A DNA stretch of 59,177 nt from IMG/VR virus record IMGVR_UViG_3300024999_000117, positions 1 to 59,177 of that record. One strand, 5' to 3'. Below the pieces are notes generated by a model. That model was not told where the DNA came from, made no database searches, and was given only the letters and a program-made list of their open reading frames with translations. The stretch is from a virus. Taxonomy: Duplodnaviria; Caudoviricetes. Made by a program: the position numbers and the translations under genes. Shown in pieces: positions 48,162 to 56,874 of this stretch. Numbering within the stretch: position 1 is the first letter of the stretch; every line of letters begins with the position of its first letter.

Positions 48162-48569
48162 TTACGCCTCCCTGTAATGAATTAAAACGTCAATCGGTAC
48201 GTGGTACTCATCCACGTTATCATAGTACGTATCTGACACATCTTCGTAGGCATCAGAACCATCATTGCAAAAAACGGCCTGGACTTTAGGGTTATCTTGT
48301 GGCAATTTTTCAAGAGCGGCGATCACTAAATCGGATAGGTCTTTTGCTTCTTCGTATGTACCGCCGTAGCAGTCAACCTGTATTCTTGGAGTAGATAGGT
48401 TACTTGCTCCACCGTGCGTATACTGCCTTCCAGGACTAACCTTGAAATAGGTGGCGTAGGGTGTAGTTACCTCCTGTGCGGCAACAACAGGGTAAATCTT
48501 GTCACCGATAAGAGCAATTAAATCAGCATCGGCAGACAGGCAATCATAAACTGCTTTCTCAACACTCAC
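48162..48569 (-). CDS. Tail terminator/completion protein (DUF3168-like)
   Basis: IYPVVA..PYATY...RIQVDCYG pattern. Confidence 0.8.
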   Translation of the reverse strand: MSVEKAVYDCLSADADLIALIGDKIYPVVAAQEVTTPYATYFKVSPGRQYTHGGASNLSTPRIQVDCYGGTYEEAKDLSDLVIAALEKLPQDNPKVQAVFCNDGSDAYEDVSDTYYDNVDEYHVPIDVLIHYREA

Positions 48570-48985
48570 CTGCCTACCTCCTCAATAATTCTTATTGCCC
48601 CGTCTTCAATGATCCTTAGTGCCTCATTTCTTTTAGCATCAACGGCAGGACGAAAGAAAGGGTACGCCTTAACCTTGCCACGTTTCTGTCCTTTAATTAT
48701 AAGTCTGTGTCCGTATTCAACTAAATGCGCATGAGGGGATATTTTATAATCAACCGCTGATAAATATATAGTTTGATATCCTTTTGATATCCATTTTTTT
48801 GTTACAATACCCTTTTTAAGATTTCCAGTTACGCCTACCGGGGCGTTCTCCTTTGCCTGTTTAGTTATGATGTCGGCAGCTTTTTCGATAATATTTTCTA
48901 TTTTGCTAGGCGCAAATTTGCCGGCCAAAGCCTTAATTTCTTCATATAATTCCTTATCACCGCTGATACTTAAGATGTTTGCCAT
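48566..48985 (-). CDS. HK97 gp10-like neck protein
   Basis: APV..TGNLKK, HLVEYGH and PFFRPA motifs. Confidence 0.88.
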   Translation of the reverse strand: MANILSISGDKELYEEIKALAGKFAPSKIENIIEKAADIITKQAKENAPVGVTGNLKKGIVTKKWISKGYQTIYLSAVDYKISPHAHLVEYGHRLIIKGQKRGKVKAYPFFRPAVDAKRNEALRIIEDGAIRIIEEVGR

Positions 48986-49311
48986 CAGACCACTTCCTTA
49001 CACATGACATACAACTCCCGCCGCCTACCGTCCGGATCATTCGCTCCAATAACATCATAGGTCCTGCCATCGTAAACAACTTGCATTTTAGCGTTTACAC
49101 CGGCAAGGTAACGAATAACAAACAAATCCGTTGTCTCAGCATTAATCTTCTGCGCGGCAAAAAACTCCCTGGATGCTTGGTGCACCTTCTGAGCGTGAAC
49201 AGTCGCAAAAGTTGACCAAGTTTTTACAACCCCACCTAGACTGCCTTTAGAGGTGGTCAGTTGCTGGATCGTTATTCTGTGTCTGTATTTACCTGCTCCC
49301 ACAACTACCAC
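48985..49311 (-). CDS. Head closure (head-tail joining) protein
   Basis: RHRITIQ, W...A, IRY and YDVI pattern. Confidence 0.88.
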   Translation of the reverse strand: MVVVGAGKYRHRITIQQLTTSKGSLGGVVKTWSTFATVHAQKVHQASREFFAAQKINAETTDLFVIRYLAGVNAKMQVVYDGRTYDVIGANDPDGRRRELYVMCKEVV

Positions 49312-49314
49312 CCC

Positions 49315-50082
49315 CTAGACTAAAATAATTTTATCCTGGCCAAGCAGAGCCGAAACTGTAAACGGTATTTCTCCGCTGACGGTTCCGTCTACTATGGGTT
49401 CCCGTTTCTCGTTCCAGTGTGATACTAAAAACAATATCGCCTGCTTAATTTTCTGCGGTAAATCGTTAGTAATGTAATTTTTACTTGTCTGCGTCCCTGC
49501 CGTAGCGGTAAGTGTTAAAGCATCAACGCTGGCAACAGACGCGATAGTATACATAACGCCATCAATCTCGATAGCCTTACCTGCTGGCCAGTTGACATTA
49601 AATTCACTGCCGCTTACCCGCGTTACCGCCGTGCCGTTGGTGCTTACAACGCCCGTATAGGACGGAAAGCCTGCAGTAAAACGCACACAGACAGCATTTG
49701 CGGGGCGCAATGTCTCGGTAGGCCATAACTTACTGTATCCCAGCGAAACGCGCCCAGGTTCACTCACAACGTCAACGAAATAGTCAGTTGCTGGCATGGT
49801 ATGCTCAACATTTTCGGTGTCATAGTATTTCACCGATGCAACAGACTGCATAGGCGGTCTAGGGATACTGATATAGTCTCGACAAGGCCAATCATCCAGC
49901 CAGAGATCCCATGTCTGCGGCAGATAAGCCAACCGCTGACTAGCTTCACAATAACCTGTAGCGGCGGTAATTAAAGCAGAAATATAGGCTTCATTGTCCG
50001 TATCATCGATAACACAATGTTTTTTTGCCTCGGCAAGTGTTACTGGTTCTGTTGTCGCTGGTGTTATTAATTTTAAGGCAAT
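49315..50082 (-). CDS. Head-tail connector (gp6-like); frame extends 50 codons upstream of the track ORF to an ATT codon
   Basis: Upstream in-frame IALKLITPATTEPVTLAEAKKHC..; GAGGTG RBS 7 nt before ATT; C-terminal IKQAILFLVSHW.E.RE. Confidence 0.8.
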   Translation of the reverse strand: MALKLITPATTEPVTLAEAKKHCVIDDTDNEAYISALITAATGYCEASQRLAYLPQTWDLWLDDWPCRDYISIPRPPMQSVASVKYYDTENVEHTMPATDYFVDVVSEPGRVSLGYSKLWPTETLRPANAVCVRFTAGFPSYTGVVSTNGTAVTRVSGSEFNVNWPAGKAIEIDGVMYTIASVASVDALTLTATAGTQTSKNYITNDLPQKIKQAILFLVSHWNEKREPIVDGTVSGEIPFTVSALLGQDKIILV

Positions 50083-50097
50083 TTTAAGTCACCTCTA

Positions 50098-50940
50098 TTA
50101 TCTGAAATATTTATTATACTCCTGCCGCCGACGCTCCCCGGAGAGTTGGGCGTAAATCATCGTAGTGCTGATTCTGGCATGGCCCAGGTTCGACATAATA
50201 ACTTCCATAGGAGCCCCATTGTTCAACATCGTGGTAGCCATGCTGTGGCGCCATCTATGCGGGTAGACGTTAGTGGTTACCTCAGAATGCTGGGCAATAG
50301 CCTTGACCACCTCTCTGATTCTGGCTATAGACATTCTACGAATTGGCTTTCTGATAGTCACAAACAGGGCTTCGTGGTCATCGGTACGGGATTTTATATA
50401 CTTGTCCAGCCAAATTTTACACTTAATCGTAAAGTATACTTCCCTTTGCTTGTCACCTTTTCCGATGACTGAAGCCGAACGATCATCCCAGTTAATATCT
50501 CTGCGGTTTAATCCAAAAACCTCACCGATGCGGCAGCCGGTGCTAAAGAAAAATTCTGTGAGAGCTTTTTCCAGCAGTGAATCACAGCTATCCCTCAGCA
50601 GTTCGATTTCCTCATCATTGAGAAACTTAGGAATTCTTTTACCCTGCTTGGGCTCTCTTAGTTTGGCAGCTACGTTCCGATCAATAAATCCCTCTTCGTG
50701 TAAATAACGAAATAGCGATCTGATAAACTTTATCCTGTGGCCGATGCTGGCCGGCTTAAGGTGCTCTTGTTTGATGAGGTATTCCTTTAGGTTCACATAA
50801 GAAACATCTCCTATCTCTACGTCCCCAAGTTCCCTGATTAGTAAATTGGCCTGTATTTGGTAGGCTGTAAGCGTGTGGGGAGAATAACCTAAAAGCTTCT
50901 TATCAGCCTCGTAAAGTTGCCATGCCTTCGATAATAACAA
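50098..50940 (-). CDS. XerC/D-like tyrosine recombinase
   Basis: Intact catalytic set: GCRIGE (R), GKG.K (K), HRWRH (HxxR), LGH (H), TMIY (Y); N-terminal SAM-like domain starting MLLSKAW. Confidence 0.93.
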   Translation of the reverse strand: MLLSKAWQLYEADKKLLGYSPHTLTAYQIQANLLIRELGDVEIGDVSYVNLKEYLIKQEHLKPASIGHRIKFIRSLFRYLHEEGFIDRNVAAKLREPKQGKRIPKFLNDEEIELLRDSCDSLLEKALTEFFFSTGCRIGEVFGLNRRDINWDDRSASVIGKGDKQREVYFTIKCKIWLDKYIKSRTDDHEALFVTIRKPIRRMSIARIREVVKAIAQHSEVTTNVYPHRWRHSMATTMLNNGAPMEVIMSNLGHARISTTMIYAQLSGERRRQEYNKYFR

Positions 50941-50961
50941 GATCAACACCCCCTACAATGC

Positions 50962-51046
50962 GACACTTATTTAGTGTCTACATCATACCACATACACTAA
51001 TTTAGAGTCAATAATATTATATAGAAATTGACACTTATTTAGTGTA
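50962..51046. promoter_or_regulatory. Divergent promoter region with three palindromic operators
   Basis: GACACT-TATTT-AGTGTC (50962), TACACT-AATTT-AGAGTC (50993), GACACT-TATTT-AGTGTA (51030); minus-strand TTGACT-18-TATGAT at 50982-51011. Confidence 0.75.
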
Positions 51047-51061
51047 TAATGATTTAAGGAG

Positions 51062-51280
51062 GTGTATGCTGTGCAGCTTAAGTCAAATCTAAAAGAAATA
51101 ATTGATAGTCGCGGTCTGTCCATCAGGCAGTTAGCAAAAGATATTGACTACCGTTTTGAAACTGTTCGTCAACTCTATAACAACGACACAAAGCAATTTC
51201 CCCGTGATTTACTAGTAAAACTATGCGCTTACCTCGAAATTGATATTTCCGATTTATTAAAGCTAGACCGTCAGGATTAA
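51062..51280 (+). CDS. Cro/C1-type HTH regulator
   Basis: LSIRQLAKDIDYRFETVRQLYN...LCAYL; AGGAGG RBS. Confidence 0.88.
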   Translation: MYAVQLKSNLKEIIDSRGLSIRQLAKDIDYRFETVRQLYNNDTKQFPRDLLVKLCAYLEIDISDLLKLDRQD

Positions 51281-51290
51281 CCTGGCGGTC
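51266..51290. terminator. Hairpin at end of the HTH gene
   Basis: GACCGTCAGG-ATTAA-CCTGGCGGTC. Confidence 0.5.
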
Positions 51291-51320
51291 GTTTATGTCC
51301 CTTCCCGGCCCGTTCATCAG

Positions 51321-51346
51321 CCAACTAACGCACCTTCGTTAGTTGG
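51321..51346. other. Putative recombinase core site (perfect inverted repeat)
   Basis: CCAACTAACG-CACCTT-CGTTAGTTGG; no U-tract on either side. Confidence 0.55.
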
Positions 51347-51351
51347 GTAAA

Positions 51352-51579
51352 CTAGCAAGGAATTTTACCTTCACTTACAAGATAATCAAAAAACAATATC
51401 AATCCGTCACTTGATGTTGCTTCTTTCATTTCTGTTGCAATTGAGTATTGCCCAAAAACTGCATTTAAGAAGTCAATTGATATGCCACCAGCAATCCAAT
51501 TACCCTCGGCATCTTTTCCAGCATAAGGAAATTCAGCATTTCCAAAATCATCTACTATTAGGATAGTAGAAAAATCCAT
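51352..51579 (-). CDS. Small acidic hypothetical protein
   Basis: Start overlaps the upstream stop; ends 5 bp before the inverted repeat. Confidence 0.7.
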   Translation of the reverse strand: MDFSTILIVDDFGNAEFPYAGKDAEGNWIAGGISIDFLNAVFGQYSIATEMKEATSSDGLILFFDYLVSEGKIPC

Positions 51580-52160
51580 TATTTTATACCCCCCACAACA
51601 ACGTCATAAACATGGTCAACCGTATCACTGTTTTGTACTCTAGTATCAGCCCATAAAGCGGCCATATCTAAAGCAGAAACAGAGGCTATTTTAACACCTG
51701 TAGCAGTTGTACTTTTAATACTTGGATATTTTGACATACCTAGAGTGGCTTCATTATCTAGTTGATCTAGGTTAATAGTAAAATTGTGGTTCGTATCCGT
51801 GAGTGCATACGCATAAACTTTAGATAAATTAGTTGTACTCAGAAAGGACGTACTAAACATACTTAATGTTGCACCGGCGGTAACAGTTACGTTCCGTCTT
51901 ACCCCTAATATAACATTTCTACCAGTTAGTTTGCAAGGGACCGGGTTTAAGTCAGCAACATCAGCGTCACCGACCTGCATATTCACATCACCTATCATTC
52001 TCTTTACGTTCCAGTTCCCAGCACTGTTTAGAACATACAGCCGTCCAGTATCGGATTGAAAAAAGGTACTACCGGCAGGCACTTCTGTAACAGCTAGCGC
52101 CGCCATTTCTACGGCAGTACCGATAAATCTTTTTATTGTTGTTACTAAAGTAGCAGCCAT
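51579..52160 (-). CDS. Putative virion (head decoration) protein with apparently modular C-terminus
   Basis: Third gene after major capsid; internal AAACTAAC at codons K77-T79. Confidence 0.7.
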   Translation of the reverse strand: MAATLVTTIKRFIGTAVEMAALAVTEVPAGSTFFQSDTGRLYVLNSAGNWNVKRMIGDVNMQVGDADVADLNPVPCKLTGRNVILGVRRNVTVTAGATLSMFSTSFLSTTNLSKVYAYALTDTNHNFTINLDQLDNEATLGMSKYPSIKSTTATGVKIASVSALDMAALWADTRVQNSDTVDHVYDVVVGGIK

Positions 52161-52181
52161 CTTTTTCGGCCCCTCCTTTTA

Positions 52182-52898
52182 CTACGAATTAATCTGAATG
52201 CATTTGATCCAGTCAATAGTCATAGACTTAGCACCAGCGGAACCACTCAAAAATTGAATGGATGGGGTTAAATCCTCATCATCCGGCAGGTTGGTCATTG
52301 CCAATCTTGTCTGCAGGACACCATCGACATAACAATCGACGTTAGTTCCGTCAAAGCAAAATTCCAGGGTTACGTTAGTTGCAGCGGCCAAAACTCCGAC
52401 ATTTGCGGCAGTCGCTGTGCTGTTTTTATTTAGTTCAAACTGTATCGCAGTAGCTCCGTCAACCTTCTTGAAGCCGATAGAGTCTGTTACACCACCCAAA
52501 ATATCGGTATCGGTAATAGCCAGACCTATAAAAAAGTCAGATTGTGTTGCCTCAGAAGCTTGGAATTTAGTCCCAAAGTAAAGCGGTTTGCCGGATGCTA
52601 GTTTGAACGCCTCACCCAATAGCTGCAGGTTTGCACCGTCATTTTCATTTGCATCGGTGGTAATTACTACCGCTCCACCAGTCCAACTGGACACGAGAGC
52701 AACAGTTGTATCCCCGGCACCGGCTTCAACCAAAGTAGTTGTCCATCCAGCGGGACTGTCTGCGCCAGCAAAGGGAGTACCTACAAAGTCTTCAAGTAAT
52801 TTACATACTCCAGGACCGATAGCATCAAGCCATCTTTGCTTGTTTGCGCTGTCCACAAATACGAGATTCCCGTTTACGTACTTACTATTTACACCCAT
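52182..52898 (-). CDS. Putative head-associated beta-sandwich (lectin-like) protein
   Basis: Beta-rich; CYVDG and MTIDWI end; post-capsid position. Confidence 0.6.
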   Translation of the reverse strand: MGVNSKYVNGNLVFVDSANKQRWLDAIGPGVCKLLEDFVGTPFAGADSPAGWTTTLVEAGAGDTTVALVSSWTGGAVVITTDANENDGANLQLLGEAFKLASGKPLYFGTKFQASEATQSDFFIGLAITDTDILGGVTDSIGFKKVDGATAIQFELNKNSTATAANVGVLAAATNVTLEFCFDGTNVDCYVDGVLQTRLAMTNLPDDEDLTPSIQFLSGSAGAKSMTIDWIKCIQINS

Positions 52899-52955
52899 CG
52901 TTTTTACCTCCTTCGCTCAATTAAGAGCGCCCGGCTAATGCCGGGCAAATTTGGT

Positions 52956-53429
52956 TTATGCTATTGCTGTGGCCGATTCTGTACCGCCATAGCGGGCACC
53001 TGAGAGAATGGCCACGGCAGATCCATATGTTGCACCACCACATGCAGACCATTTTAGTTCCAAACAAGGAAAACCGTCAGAAAGTTGGGCAGCGTCAATT
53101 TCAATAACATAAGTAGTGTTGTCGTTAGCTGATACGTCGATACCTGTTGCCGCTACTGCAGCCGTGCGGGCACCTAAAGTATCACCAGCGGCGGTTGTTT
53201 CTGCGTAATAGCTAAAGTCGATGGCAGTATCATTGCTGGGAGTAAAGTTATCACACTCCTCAATCGTGATATTGCCAGCATCAGCGTTTGTGGCACCACA
53301 AGTTACAATAATTGTGGCGTGAGCATAGTTTTTCATAGAGAAAACATCCGAACTAACACCGGCAGAAACGTCCTGCGGCGGGAGTATATTTACTACGTGT
53401 CCTTGTTCTGCAATTGTGATTCCAGGCAT
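52956..53429 (-). CDS. Putative capsid decoration protein
   Basis: Directly after major capsid with strong RBS. Confidence 0.65.
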   Translation of the reverse strand: MPGITIAEQGHVVNILPPQDVSAGVSSDVFSMKNYAHATIIVTCGATNADAGNITIEECDNFTPSNDTAIDFSYYAETTAAGDTLGARTAAVAATGIDVSANDNTTYVIEIDAAQLSDGFPCLELKWSACGGATYGSAVAILSGARYGGTESATAIA

Positions 53430-53498
53430 TGATATTCCTCCTTAGACTTTTGAGTTTTTAGGCGTGTTTTTAGACAGGTTTTTATGCCTGCTTTTTAA

Positions 53499-54767
53499 TT
53501 AAGCGCGAGTATCTAAAGCAACAAAGGACGAAGTAGTATCGGATCCGTTAGCTGGTGTCAGCGGAGTTGATCTAACAGGTTGACCGTCTGCGCGATAGGT
53601 AAATCTGAAACAACTCTCGTCGTAAATAAATCTTACGTGAATGGAAATAGCGGTATTAATACCGCCTTTGTCGATAAACATATAGTCTCCGAAATCAGCT
53701 AAGATGATATCGCCCTTTGTACCAAGCGTTTTGCACTGCTCCATAGGATTAACAGGTAAACCAAGCAAGGTATTATAAGGTTTACCACTCAAACCCCCGG
53801 CAGGCATAAATATAGGCGCCCCACCAGTGCCTACCGCAAGGCTCATGGTGAATAATTGCGGTATCGTATCTTTGTTGATGTACCATTCAGCCATTTCACT
53901 GGCACAACGTGCATACATCTTGATGATATTTTCAGCTAATATGGTTTTAGCAGCTTGGCCATTCTCTTTAGCTATTGTTACAAGTGATCCGCTCTGTAAA
54001 ATACCGAGTGGTTTACCTACTCCGTTACCGTTTATCAGTGCATCGTCAATTAACCAACCAAACTCACTAGAAAAAGTTTTAGTTATAAAAGCCTCTAACT
54101 GCTGCGAATCTTGCAACATTTCATCGGTGGCGTAACAGAGACCGGTTAACTTACGAAGGTTAAGCTCAATCTGTCTAAATTTAGGTTTTGATCCGGTGAA
54201 TTGATCCGCTTCACCCTCCCAAAAAGCTTGTACACCACCAAAGCGTGATCCTGTGGCCCGAGAAGTTTCGTCAACACCGTTAATCTTAGTTCCGTTAGCA
54301 TTTGTGCTTAACGGTAATTTATTGCATTTAGACGCTAACTTACCCGTTTTATATGTTTCCTGCAACAAAGTGGCAATAAAATCCTGTTGCACTAAAAATC
54401 CACCATCACTCGGCACTGATTCATTCATACCAGAAGCGGCATTCTTTACCATTAGCCTGTTATCGAAACTACCACCGGGCCTTGCAGCTTCCGCTACTGC
54501 CCTTAGCTGTTCCCCAAAATTATTAAATTTCTCGTTACTGTTCACGACTTCAACGTGCACAGGTTTATTGACCGGGGTATTCATTTTGGTCTGCTGGTCA
54601 TTTAGCTTTTTAGCTGCCTCAGCAGATTGCTCCAGGTTACCAACCTCAGTCAATAACGCATTAACCCTTGACACTTCTTCTTCCGTCATCGGTCTGTTTT
54701 CGGCTATGGCCTTATTGTTAATAGCCTCTGCCTCATCCAATTTAGCTTTAATCATTGCTCCGTACAT
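53499..54767 (-). CDS. HK97-fold major capsid protein
   Basis: N-terminal delta coiled coil, DGGFLV, GNGVGKPLGIL and RADGQP. Confidence 0.93.
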   Translation of the reverse strand: MYGAMIKAKLDEAEAINNKAIAENRPMTEEEVSRVNALLTEVGNLEQSAEAAKKLNDQQTKMNTPVNKPVHVEVVNSNEKFNNFGEQLRAVAEAARPGGSFDNRLMVKNAASGMNESVPSDGGFLVQQDFIATLLQETYKTGKLASKCNKLPLSTNANGTKINGVDETSRATGSRFGGVQAFWEGEADQFTGSKPKFRQIELNLRKLTGLCYATDEMLQDSQQLEAFITKTFSSEFGWLIDDALINGNGVGKPLGILQSGSLVTIAKENGQAAKTILAENIIKMYARCASEMAEWYINKDTIPQLFTMSLAVGTGGAPIFMPAGGLSGKPYNTLLGLPVNPMEQCKTLGTKGDIILADFGDYMFIDKGGINTAISIHVRFIYDESCFRFTYRADGQPVRSTPLTPANGSDTTSSFVALDTRA

Positions 54768-55572
54768 TATTTTTCCTCCTCTTAATTTCTATCATTGCCT
54801 GATAGGTATTATTCATATCAACCGGCGCTTGTTTAGGCGGTTCCGGTTTGTTTTCGATTATACCGTCGGGGTCTTTTCTTTTTTCCATCTCTTTGAGCTT
54901 TTGAGCATAACCATCAAAGAGGCGATCCATGCTTTGCTTAACGCTGTTCTGTATGGCTAGTCCGCTAAACATGAACGAGTTTTCTACCGGATCGACTACT
55001 TCTGTATTATCGTACATAACACCATCAACGAAACCCTCTTTTACAGCTGTTTTTGCACTCATCCAAGTTTCGTTATCCATCATTTCTGCTATTTTCTTAC
55101 GTGATCTACCCGTTTTAGCCTGATATGCGTTTATGATCGACTCCTTAACCTCATCAAGTATGTCTGCCATGTGGCGCATATCTTTCGACTCGCCTCTGAC
55201 ACCGCTCCAAGGATTATGGATCATCATAATACCAACAGGGGAAATCTGTATTTCTTCACCGGCCATAGCGATAACAGAACCAGCGGACACGGCCTTACCG
55301 TCAATTTTTACGGTAACTTTGCCCTTATGCTCTTTTAGAGCGTTGTAGATGCCTGCTGCTGCTGTAGTGTCGCCACCCCAACTATCTATCCAGACGTTGA
55401 TATTCTTACCGCTATGCTCTGCCAGTGCTTGCCTAAATGCGTTTGGTGTCGCACACGGAATACCGAACCACTCATAGATCCAACCATCGTCGTCACTTAC
55501 AATCTCGCCTTCAATCCTGAGTTCTACTTCTTCCGGATTAGCTTCGTTTTTTACGAAATTCCAAAATGGCAT
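54748..55572 (-). CDS. ClpP-like prohead protease
   Basis: IDSWGGD, AVSAGSVIAMAG, MMIHNP and ETWMSA motifs. Confidence 0.93.
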   Translation of the reverse strand: MPFWNFVKNEANPEEVELRIEGEIVSDDDGWIYEWFGIPCATPNAFRQALAEHSGKNINVWIDSWGGDTTAAAGIYNALKEHKGKVTVKIDGKAVSAGSVIAMAGEEIQISPVGIMMIHNPWSGVRGESKDMRHMADILDEVKESIINAYQAKTGRSRKKIAEMMDNETWMSAKTAVKEGFVDGVMYDNTEVVDPVENSFMFSGLAIQNSVKQSMDRLFDGYAQKLKEMEKRKDPDGIIENKPEPPKQAPVDMNNTYQAMIEIKRRKNNVRSND

Positions 55573-55590
55573 TTTATTTTCACCGCCTTT

Positions 55591-56862
55591 CTACGCTGCT
55601 TTACTCTGTAGCATTTTGTAAATTTCCTCAGCCGTGGCCTTGATGTTATCCTGGACTTTACCAGCTTCAACCATATTAAGAGGCTCCAGGTATATATCGC
55701 CGTTAGCTATAGAGTTCATATTCTCTAGTTTTCTTATGTCATTAACTGACATCCAACCCCACTGTCTAGCTATGGAGTAAGCCTCTGCCCGGCTTTTTGC
55801 GTCGCCTCGAAGCAACGAATCAATCTTGAATTCCAGATAATAACCAGCCATGCGCTCTTGTTGCGTCAGGAGTTGCATGTTAATGTTTTCCTCCCAGCGT
55901 TTAAACCAGGGAAGCATTGTATACATTACAAATTCAAGGCTTTGCTGTTCAATATTGGAAAATGTTGCTTTGTCAAGATTCTGTATCAAGTGCAACGGCA
56001 CGCGGTAAATTCTTGCCACGTCTTCAATTTGGAACTTTTTATTGCCCAACAGCTCGGCATCAACCGGCTTGATAGTAAACGGCTTAAAGTCCATGCCCTC
56101 TTCGAGTATCATCGGCTTTCCGGTATTAGCCAAACCCGTATAGTTTTTAGTTAAGTCTGCTTTTAATCTCTCAAAAGCGATATCGCTTAACGAATTAGGA
56201 TGCGTAAAAGCACCACTTGCGTTAGCTCCGTTGTTAAAAAAACTATTCCCGAACTGTTCGTAGGACAATCCCAAGCATATAGCTGATCCTGCATACTCAA
56301 TTGGGGTCATACCGATAACACCGTCAAAACTTAAACCAGGTATATGAAATACCTGCGACCTGTCTAACTCTCTTAACTTAGTCCCATCCCTAATCTTATA
56401 CACCAGTCGTCCAGTCTCTTTGTTACGGTCTATCTGTACCATAGACCACGGATAGGGGTATAGTCCAACTAATTGGCCATACCGATTAACCAGACGCTCA
56501 CAGACAGCGTTGCCACCAGTGTTCAAGGCTACCATGCAGGCTTCTTTAAAATTAAACGGCGACATTTCATCGTTCGGAGCATTGTGCAAAATATCGTATA
56601 CCGCTAAATCGTTCTTGGATTCTCGGTCACCATCCGTTTTTTTGCGATACAGCATAATCGGCATTGATGCAAGTGTCTCGGATAACACCCGCACACAAGC
56701 AAAAACAGCCGTGTATTTCATGGCTGTTTGAGTGTTGATGTTCGTATAACCGGGTGTGCCGGGTACATCGTCGCCCCGGAGGAATGACCTTACATATTCA
56801 TCAAACCAGTTGTTTTTAAAAATTATACGGCTGGCCATACCTAATCTTTGCCTTAACTTCAA
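55591..56862 (-). CDS. HK97-family portal protein
   Basis: VFACVRVLSET, ATFSNIEQQ and LLRGDAKSR motifs. Confidence 0.95.
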   Translation of the reverse strand: MKLRQRLGMASRIIFKNNWFDEYVRSFLRGDDVPGTPGYTNINTQTAMKYTAVFACVRVLSETLASMPIMLYRKKTDGDRESKNDLAVYDILHNAPNDEMSPFNFKEACMVALNTGGNAVCERLVNRYGQLVGLYPYPWSMVQIDRNKETGRLVYKIRDGTKLRELDRSQVFHIPGLSFDGVIGMTPIEYAGSAICLGLSYEQFGNSFFNNGANASGAFTHPNSLSDIAFERLKADLTKNYTGLANTGKPMILEEGMDFKPFTIKPVDAELLGNKKFQIEDVARIYRVPLHLIQNLDKATFSNIEQQSLEFVMYTMLPWFKRWEENINMQLLTQQERMAGYYLEFKIDSLLRGDAKSRAEAYSIARQWGWMSVNDIRKLENMNSIANGDIYLEPLNMVEAGKVQDNIKATAEEIYKMLQSKAA

Positions 56863-56874
56863 ATACTCACCTCC

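Noticed and set aside
51028-51050. TTGACA...TATAAT as a perfect sigma-A promoter for the HTH gene
   Set aside because: Spacer is only 11 bp, so the two hexamers cannot act together.
51321-51346. Inverted repeat as an intrinsic terminator
   Set aside because: No T-tract follows on either strand, and the arm core recurs inside the upstream gene; kept as a candidate recombination site.
38044-52160. Diversity-generating retroelement or invertible shufflon
   Set aside because: No reverse transcriptase ORF, no template/variable repeat pair seen, and no opposite-strand alternative C-termini.
53827-54960. Long plus-strand ORFs antisense to capsid and other genes across the window
   Set aside because: Shadow ORFs of well-supported minus-strand genes, with no RBS or recognisable motifs.
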